Assembly: GCF_022539665.2 (NCBI RefSeq)
Contig: NC_081333.1
Coordinates: 12,524,001-12,588,000, forward strand
Origin: Daphnia carinata
Lineage: Eukaryota
DNA: 64,000 nt
Reading direction: 5' to 3'
The translations under genes and the position numbers were made by a program. Under the pieces are notes generated by a model, which searched no databases, had not been told where the DNA came from, and worked only from the letters and a program-made list of their open reading frames with translations. Below are positions 54,822-64,000 of the stretch, piece after piece (within the stretch, counting starts at the first letter, position 1; every line of letters starts with the position of its first letter).

Positions 54822-57800
54822 AAAACCGGAAACCGCGCGGATGGACACATTCGGTTGGAACACATTCCATCGGAGGTGTAATGAAACGTAGTCAACTTAC
54901 GTGTGTAGATCTGTAATGCTACTCATTTTGATGGAATCTGCTTTTCAAAGAGGTAGGCCCAACCTCTTTTTTTTTTCTTGCCTAATTGTTTGGTGTGATA
55001 AGTAGCTTTCAAAGTCTCTTGTTGTTAAGCTGTAGAAAGGTTATTATTATTGTCTGTGTTATTTCGGGGAAATGTAGCGAGAGCTTATTCACACATCTGT
55101 GAATGAAGATTACCACTTATGTTTTTGGAACCGTTTGTTCGCTGACACTAAACATGCCCCACTCACTTGGTGAAAGAGTGTTTACCAGCCTTTTTACTTT
55201 GTGTCTATAGAAACAGCCAACGGGCTCTTTCATATCGATTAGATAGGCGAAAATGCTTGCGAAAAAAAAAATCCGATGGATTTAGATAGACGGATCCATC
55301 AACGTGATGGTAGTACCAGCAAAGACGGGCCCTCACGTGCGTTCCAACTTGTAAACGAATTTTTAGCGTCGGTCTACTGCGGTACAAAAATGTCGAAGCT
55401 TTTAAAATAATTTTTGTTTCCTTGTTGAGTCGTTGCAAAGTTCATTTATCGCTGTGGTGATATATCAGTCCGTTAACGCTTTAATAGTTTAGATAGGGTG
55501 TGTTTACGACAAAGAGCTCGTTGCTTTCTTTCCTATTTATACCCGATCGTTGTTGGTTTTGCGTTAGAAACGTAGTAATCGATGGTCTTCTCCTTATATA
55601 CTATGGCTCTTAATTTATGTTTCTCGCATGCGGATGCGTTTCATGGAGTTCTAAATAACTCACGTCAGACACAGATGTCACAACCGAACTTTCCATATTA
55701 TTTATTTCTGTTTGACATTAAAGGTGGGAAGAAAGAGAAGGGGTTCTCTCAATAGCAGCAGTTGTTGTTAAGCTGCTGCGTGCAAACACGTGTGCTAACC
55801 GCTACAAGTCGGGGAATAAGTGAAGGGATGGCAGTTATTGATTGATGGGCCAAAAGTTTAAGCGTTTGCTTGTTGTCGGGGACTCGTAATAAGCAGCTGC
55901 TTGGAGGGTAACCTCGGCGTCGTTTTGCGACGAGAGCAATCTATTCGAATGAATTGGTCTGCTCTGGTTTCCGGTTGCGTCTATTGTTGTCCGACTCTCT
56001 CTCTCCACATCCGCCCCCCCCAAAAAAAAGACTGGGCAAGAAAATGAATGATGTCATTGTGTGTTGTTGAATATTACGTATTGATTCAACTTTTTATTTC
56101 GTTCTGTACGACGGAGTTTTGGGGTTTCGTTTTATTGGCCAGCCAGCGAGTTTCCCGCGTGACAAATAATTACGTTAGCCTAGCCGCCATTGAGACGAGA
56201 GCAAACACCTCATCAAAAATGCAAACATGCGCAGCCGTGCGATAACGGGGGGAGGACCGCAAGATGCCGGGGTTTGTACGTGAAAGTGACACACAAAAGG
56301 AATAAACTATCTGTTTCCAACTCTATATCCCCCAGTTGACTCGAAACGATTCCATTTGGTGAATAAGTTGTCAGTTGCGTCGTGGTCCAGCAAACAAGCT
56401 GCATCGACTTTTTTTTTTATTTTTTTTTTTTTTATTTTAGTCGTTTTTACAAAGAGTTTAAGCTGCAAAGTATGGACCCGAAGTAGAGGCCCCTCCCAAA
56501 AAAAAAACTATCTGTCTAACGGCCAACAAGTTTTGGCCTTGCGTAATCTTTTAGTGGCCAGTTTTGGTTTGTGCTGACCAACTCCCGTTCCTTTTTTTTT
56601 ATACTAAATGTACAACACTGTCTGTCACATATCCCGTATGCGTCCGTTTCTCTGTAAACTGTCCAGCGGGACTCGAAGGGAAAGGCAGTGCACTCAGCTG
56701 ATTTGACGGGACGGAACCGTTCCGTTCATAAAAGAGTGCACTCTCTTGCCCTGTTTTGTTGTGATCTCGAGACGCGTGAGACGACGGGAGGGAAAAAAAA
56801 AATCCTAGAGTGACGGATATACTCTCTGGCGGCTATCCCACGATGCACAGAATAGTGCAAGAGGGAGTACTGGCTAATTCAGTCTTTTCATGCATAATGG
56901 AAAGGCAGCACGCTCCTTGGTTGAACGAAATCACGCATCCTACCATTTTCCTACCACTCATTTTTTTAAGTATAGATTGAATGGATCGAAATCTATATAG
57001 GGAATAGTCCTAAAAAGAAATTTGCATGTTCATGCAAACAAATGCGAGTATATGCGTAAACGATATCTAGCATCCGCGGGAAAAAAATGCGGCTTCATGT
57101 TACAGTACGTTAAAGCCTAGATTATAGCAAAATGTTTTCTCAGAACCGCACATTAGAATCGAACGTAAATCTGGTGATGCGAATGGCACGTGTGTAGGCT
57201 TATTGTAAGTTCACCTATGAACGATGAAACGCCCACGTAACTCTACCTTTTTCGTTGCATTTTTACGCGCAGCGTCAAATTAAAAATCAAACAGCAGATG
57301 GAAGGGTAATGTATGTGTATTTTTTTTTCTGTTGTCACTAGATTATAGAAATTGATGAAAACGATTAGCGATTACATTGACCGATAAGAGGATTATATAA
57401 AAGGAGAGAGATATTTTTAATAGCATAAAATGCGTCGGAGAAAATGTTTGGGGGGGAAACGGGTGGATTTTCTCGGACGTGAATGATATTGTGCTGTACG
57501 CGTGCGCAGACACACACAAACACAAAAATGGAGAAAGAATATTTTTTTGTATTTATTTTTATTTTTTAAACAAACAAAGCGTTGGCTGCGATGAAAAAGA
57601 GGCTGTGTGTGCGCTGCCACCCATTTGAGAGGCTGATGGCAAACTAACGAACAATGGGGGGAGAGATGATCCTGCGAGCAAAACAGAATGACAGGAAATG
57701 CATGGCCGGCGCTGATAGTAAAACAGTGTCGTCAACTAATGGCGTAACGGAAACGTAAGTGTGTAGAAATCATCGTGGTCTGTGTGGGAGTTTTCTCTTG

Positions 57801-59674
57801 GAACATAAAAAAAAAAATGATCACTTTCACTGATGGCTGCTGGTTGACATAATTATTTCCTTTTTTCGCTGGATATGAAAGATCTGCGTACTGATCTCTC
57901 CATGTTTTTGCTCTAACTACTTAGTTCTCCTCTTTTTCGTTTGAAATCCCAGGCTAGCAAGTTTGTTGAGTAGGCGACCTTTTGTAATTTTATTCTTCCT
58001 TTTTTTTTTTAGTTTTTCAATTTTCTTATCGTTTTTCTAGTTCCTGTTACGGCGACCGGCTCCGCCTGCACCGCCTGTTCATTTCGTGAAATGAAATAAG
58101 AGCTTATTAATGGTTATTTTTTGTTAGAAAACATTTTGTCGTTAGTATACGCGGTTATTGCAGAAAGGCTTGAACAGATAAACAAATGAAAATGCGCAAC
58201 TCGAAGCGCTCGGTGGTATGGAGGTTATCATCTTCCCGCACGAGATTGATTTCAAAATTTTTTTTTCACGCACGCATGGGAGGGGCGTTATTGATGAAAC
58301 GTCGACTGACAACAACAAAAACTTTGATTTAAAACCGCCAAACGCGTCGCTGCCAAATATAATGACCGCCCGCATTGAAAAAAGGCTTTTGCTCGCCGTT
58401 CATCCTGGTGGGAATCCTTCAAGTTGTGAGTGAATTAATCGTTACCACCGAGCTTTTATTATTCGCACAAAAAAAAAAAAATGTGTAACTCCCGGCAATA
58501 TTTTCTTGCTGCGCAGCGTGAAATGAAGGAAACTCGTCGCACGACTCTCCCGACTGCTGTTGATGTAGTGGATTGGGCGGTATCCATAGCAACGCTATTA
58601 GCCGAAACGATGGCGCATTATTATCTTGGGTTTTACTAGTACGAATTATTTGAAATATTGTGCTCAACAACCTCGTTGCCTGACGACGGCGATATTAAAC
58701 CCAATTTCCTTTTCGCGCAATTTCGTACGCGATATAAGAGAAAAAAAAAGTTGTGGAGATTAAAGTCGTAAATGCATCTGCTGAACAGCGGGGGAAGCAA
58801 AATGCCGTGGTGTAGCCGAGTTCAAATTTAACTGAATTGGAGCCAAGCTGTGCTGGAAAAAGAATGAAATAAAAGAAGAAAACCGTACGAACCGACGATG
58901 GCAACTAAAGGCGATGGATGGAGCGAAACGAGGTTAGCAGTGTGATTAAAATGATGAAGACGGGTAATCTATATATCGTCAGCTATCATCAGCATAGCTG
59001 TAATATCGATCGCCTATTGTATGCGTGCGTGAGCGCTAGTACGTGCGCCTTCAAGTGCTGAGCTTTGAACTCTTGGACGGCCAAGGATTGGATGCATTCG
59101 CTAATTGAATGAGACTCTATTGAAGAAGCCATCATCCCACCCCCATATAGGCATAACGAGGTTCGACCTGAATTCGCTGTCAACTACTCCCCACCAGCAA
59201 TCCGGGATTTTAACAAGGTGATTCGACTCTTTTCTGTTTGTGTTTTCGACGAGTTCTATTCGTCTTTTTCTTTGCCTCTGTCAAACACACATTAGATAAT
59301 CACGCATATTTTTCTTTCTCAACAGATTCCTCTTTCTATTTATACGTCTCTCCCCTATTCTCTTTTTACGTTTCTTTCAGCTCGGTCGTTGTGGAATCCA
59401 TTTTGGTTGGGGCGCAAGATTGCTCGCAGACAGACGTATTTACACGAAGAGCGGGATTCAATCTTGGCACCATTCAAAAGAAAGAAAAAAAGCCGACGAA
59501 GAACTAGGATTAAATATACAAAGAATGCCAACAAGCCGCTGAATGTGCACACGCCTCGGAATTCTTTCCTTTTTTTAAACACGTCGGAATGGAAAGAAAG
59601 TAAGCCCCAATTAATAAATATCTAAGCACGTAAGTCACGTTCATTAACGAATGAAGCGTGAAAAAGAGACTGAC

Positions 59675-60261
59675 CTTTTTTGCATTTCTTGGTGATAGTC
59701 TTGGACGGTTCGCAGCTGCTGTCGCCTTTCTTCAGCGTCAGACTGCGGGTGCGTTGATTGGTGGCCGTGTCACATTCGGTCCAGGCTCCCTTGGTGTAGC
59801 GGCAAGCTATTCAATAAGAAAGAAATGAACAAAAAGAACGATCGATTTAATCAGGTAATCGATCTGCAATAAGACGTCGGTTCTGTGCACAATGTGCTGT
59901 GTACACACAAGTCCCCCCTCGAAAAAAAAAGAAGGAATTATCGAGCCTGAAAAAAGAAAAAGGTGGGACGAGTGCTGATATTACCTTTACCCTCTCCCCG
60001 GCGGCGTCTTTCTCCTTGCTCTGCGTTCCCTCTGGCAGCTCCCCTGTTGCGGCCTCTTCCTGCTCCTTCCGGCTGGGTAGCCGATCGAACGACGCGGAGA
60101 TTGACTTGGTCATCTTCGTCCTCTTCGGTGCTGCTGTTGTCCTCGGTCGTCGAAGCTTCGTCCTGATCATCGGCAAAGAGCTCGTTATCTTCTTCCAGAT
60201 CCTGGGAAGCGGCCAGGACGACAGCACCGACGACCAACAGTAAGAACAGCGTCCACTTCAT
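59675..60261 (-). CDS. Pleiotrophin/midkine (miple)-like secreted protein; 3' end unresolved
   Basis: Signal peptide MKWTLFLLLVVGAVVLA, an acidic tract, RVVR, then a basic tract (exon 60261-59985). Exon 59806-59675 reads ACRYTKGAWTECDTATNQRTRSLTLKKGDSSCEPSKTITKKCKK, a PTN/MK C-terminal domain. Confidence 0.8.
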
Positions 60262-60815
60262 GATTTCTTTTTTTATTTCGTATTATGGGCTCTGCCTTCC
60301 TTCCTCTTTATTGCGACCCGAATTAGAGACTCTTTTTTTTTTTTTTTGCTAGTTAGACGATACCCAAGAGGTAATTCGAACGAGGCTGTAGGGCTCGTGA
60401 CAGTTGAGGGACTTTTTTTCTTCTTCTGTTGGCAGCAAGCGGTTTCCAATCTACGTCGTCAAGAACATCAAGAATTGGCTGTTATTTTAAAAGTTTTGTG
60501 GCGTGTGTGTGTTCTAGTAATCAGAAGGAAAGTCGTTGTCTCGTCACCAAATGCTTTCCTATCCCTTTACAGCAGCGATGTAGGCTCGGTTATATGCACT
60601 ACGGTAGCTCGGAAACTCTTGTTCGTTAAACATAGTGAAAAGCAGATGGCCCAACCAGTTTGATGATGAGACCGTCTATGTGTGTGACAAGACAGGCCAC
60701 TTAATTAACCGCTACAGAAGAATGGCAAGCGCCACGTATAAATGAACTTCCTACACAGTTGGGTTAAAGAAGGAAATGTCACCATGGCAACCCTACGTGA
60801 AAGGCTGTTTCGATC

Positions 60816-60833
60816 TGTGTGTGTGTGTGTGTG
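60816..60833. repeat. (TG)9 microsatellite
   Basis: Read directly from the sequence. Confidence 0.85.
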
Positions 60834-63800
60834 CGCGGAGTGGTACAATGGAATGGAAAGGCTTCCCCTTCACTTGCACTCCGGACGACGACATCAACGA
60901 GCGTCGGCTCTCTATACGACGCTGTAGTGTCTCATTTCACGGGGCCGTGCACTTTGCAATAAGAGCAGTTCACTTGCACACAACTCCCGCCCCTCAGTCC
61001 ATATCCGTCGTAAAATAATAACAAGTTCTCTCTTCTTATGTAGGAGCGCGTCCTCTCTTTATTCTCAGGGTTGGCTGGATTGTATCCATTCCTTATCTAT
61101 CCATCTCTCCTTTTGGATGTTGTAGCCTTGGGCTTGCTGGACCTCGATTTGTCCCCGTTTTTTAGCCGGAACGCGCTTCTCTTTCATTTTGTTGTTCAAC
61201 TTGTCGCATTATTCGTTTCGGTTCCCCTACCACTCGAAATGGCCACTGCGACATACTAGACTGTCAACTTTTGAAAAGTGCGTGACTATACTGGTAAAAC
61301 TCCTCCCTAGAGATCAACCATCGTGATCTACGTAAAACAAAACAATTCCATGACCGCCGGCCTTGATAAAAAGTGATTTTCGATTGTACCGCAATCTTTT
61401 CTTGTCCCCGACGCTAATAATAACCTATGGGATTTAACCTTCGCTATCCATCATCTTCATTCCCCCTTATTGATCTTATTTTCCATCAGTTATTTATATC
61501 TCGGCAATGATTTTTCAGAGATTTTACCAGTTCCTTTTTGTTTTCTCGTCTTTTATCCATAATTGAATTGGCAGTGATGCGAGCATGTCTTTACCCACCG
61601 TTCATCAAGCGTGTCCCCTCAATGCAGGATAGACTTGTGTAGATCGACGGGCATTGTGTTACTAAATGTATGTAGAAAATTACTAGCAGTGGAACGTTGC
61701 GTTCTATTTCTCGTTCGACTGATAAGGCACGACAACGCTGATCTCCTATATATTTTTTTTTCACGTCGCCTCCCACTCCTCTTTTACAAAGTCAGTTAGA
61801 ACTGGATAGAAATTCATGTGCCCGGATGGTAGAAGACTGCATCCACTGGGAGGGGGCCCTATCGCGACCGAACTCTGCACCAGTCACGAATTCATTTCTT
61901 TTTTCTCATCTATTTCGAAATGATTTACATTTTCACTACAAGCCTCGCGTTTTTTTTTTTAAGAAAAAAAACCCCACGTCTCGCGTGTCTTGCCACGCTT
62001 TTGAATAACTACAAACTGTTTATACGCAGGCGATGTTTCCACAATCTAAAAAAAGAAATATTTTCTAAAGCTTCCGTTTTCGACTGAGATCACCGAATCT
62101 ACACATCAAAGCGATGAAATAAAAATAGGACTTCCGATCGATTCGTCAGTCCTTTCAGGTAATGCTGTGTGCCGACAATGTACGGCACATCATTTTCGAT
62201 GAAAAATAGGCTTTCAATTGCCTAACCAAGTAAAAAATAATGTGACAGTGCACGTGCATAGCAATTGATGGCGAGTAAAGGGAAACATCTATTTTTCGAA
62301 TACCACCGTTCGAACGTGCAAAATGGCAAACTATTTCGGTTCAGTGAATTAATTAGAGCTTCAAATAAGAACAAGCGTCGTTTTGCACAGTCCTTATTTT
62401 GAAACTCGAACAGCATTTTGTTCAAATTGCACTCTGTGAAAACAAATGTCTATAACCAGTAGATGTTCACGCTTCTTTTGTTGTTCCTTATTCGATTGTT
62501 CCAAACTTTTCAACGGATTTCAATTCATAGTGACATAGACAAAACATCATTGCCAACATATTCACAGTTGATGGCGGATGAGTTTAGATGTGTCGCGAGG
62601 CAAAAGCAACCGGGCAACAGCCAAGAAAGCGGATCGATTTTTTTTTTTTGACGGAACTCTCTAGGTATATGGTTAACTTCGTTTCGGCTGCAGATGAAAC
62701 GAGAATAATAAGGAAAAGAAAATAGGAGGGCGGGCGGCAGTAGCAAAGGTTGTTGGCTTCTCTATAGTTATTACAACTTTCCCCCTTTTAATCTTCAACA
62801 TAGTGGAGATACGTTTAATGTTCCAATCAAAAACATTCCGTCGCTCTCTATGTAGTCCACTACAAAAGGTTTAATTCAAGAAGGACGTTAACGGCTAGTA
62901 TATACACAAGTTGAAGAAATAAGAAAAGGAATTAAATCTTTTTTTTTTTTTTCTGATGATGGTCGGCAACAAGTTTTTTTGTTTGGGCCTTTAAATTTGT
63001 TTTCTCCCCCCTCAGTTTTCATTTCTTCCATCCGTTATATTTTTCAGAAAAAGAAAGAAAATGTGGTCAGTGGGAAGAACCAATCAGCATAATAAATGGG
63101 CATGCGGAGAGGCCCAGCTTATATCCAGCGAGAGAAAGAGGGTTTTATGTTTAAATATAATTACCCGAAAGCAAAATAGCCAAAACGGCGCCTCTATGAC
63201 GACGACGACCAACGAGGAGGGGGGAGAAATTATACTTAAGAAAATACAAAAGAAACTCCCAGACTGACCATAGATCAGATTTATGCCTCTTGAGTTATTG
63301 TCTTACCTTCCCCTTCAGATTATTTTGATCCTATACCTTTTGTGTTCATGTTAACCCGAGCGATATGAATTTTCTTGTTGTTTTGTCTATCCGAAACTTA
63401 AATCTCTTTCCTCTTTTTTTTTTTTCAGGACTCGCCAATGTTTTTCAATCCACCTGTCTAATATGGTCTGCGTAGACGTTTATATAGGTAAGGGCTACTT
63501 GACATTTTATTGCTTTCCGACTCATATTTTTTTGTCTAGTATGTGTACACTTATTCGTATTGCTACGCTTGTGTCTATGTGCGTTGGTCTTGCCATCCCT
63601 TTGGTGCTCTTCTGCACCGGATAGCACATAAAAAAGCGAGAGAATGAAAAGAAAAAAGATGAAAGACGCCTAGAATGTGTCTATGGAAAACAAGAATCCC
63701 ATATCAAAGAATCCCTTAGAGTAGTACTCGTATGGAAAATACCCTTATTTCGCGTAGATTGAGACTGTCAACACACGTCATTTCTCGTCTCGGGCCAACG

Positions 63801-64000
63801 CGTTTCCCTATTTTCTCGCTTTGTTTTTCTTTCTCTCTCGTTTACATAAGCAGCAGCCTACCGTATGCTCTATCTGCTCGCATAACATTCCGCATGCCTG
63901 ACGCTGATGTGTCTATCTCGGCGGAATGGGCTCAGCTTAGCTCATCGCCTTATCCTTCACCAAAAACTTTTTGCTTGGCTAACGCTAGCGCTCTTCCGGC

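Noticed and set aside
54900..59600. Short ORFs between PGM2 and the miple-like gene (likewise 60300-64000)
   Set aside because: No coding signature. Most likely UTR, intronic or regulatory sequence.

Overview
AT-rich, gene-dense eukaryotic DNA with many short (~60-80 nt) GT-AG introns. The style fits a small-genome arthropod such as Daphnia, but this is inferred, not proven. Spliced genes, left to right: FRMD8/iTAP (-), microcephalin MCPH1 (+), CAD/rudimentary (+), HEI10/CCNB1IP1 (+), alpha-carbonic anhydrase (-), ASCC2 (+), a GTSE1-N-like gene (-), CED-6/GULP1 (+), PITHD1 (+), two tandem GST-kappa genes (+), PGM2 (+) and a pleiotrophin/midkine (miple)-like gene (-). A 4.4-kb CAD intron holds an antisense Mab21/cGLR-fold gene. 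The standout is a ~476-nt non-coding unit on the minus strand (37248->36773), head-to-head with ASCC2. It has a TATA box at -31..-24, a G start, a 5'/3' closing helix, many nested G-U-containing helices, three GNRA tetraloops and a T6 terminator. It looks like a large structured Pol III RNA that I cannot assign to 7SK, SRP, RNase P/MRP, U3 or telomerase RNA. Other items of note: a candidate internal first exon giving a CPS-less DHOase-ATCase CAD isoform, a Helitron-like element with two divergent tRNA-like modules, a partial ASCC2 duplication, and a PTS1 signal in only one GST-kappa paralog. All exon boundaries and RNA pairings were derived by eye.
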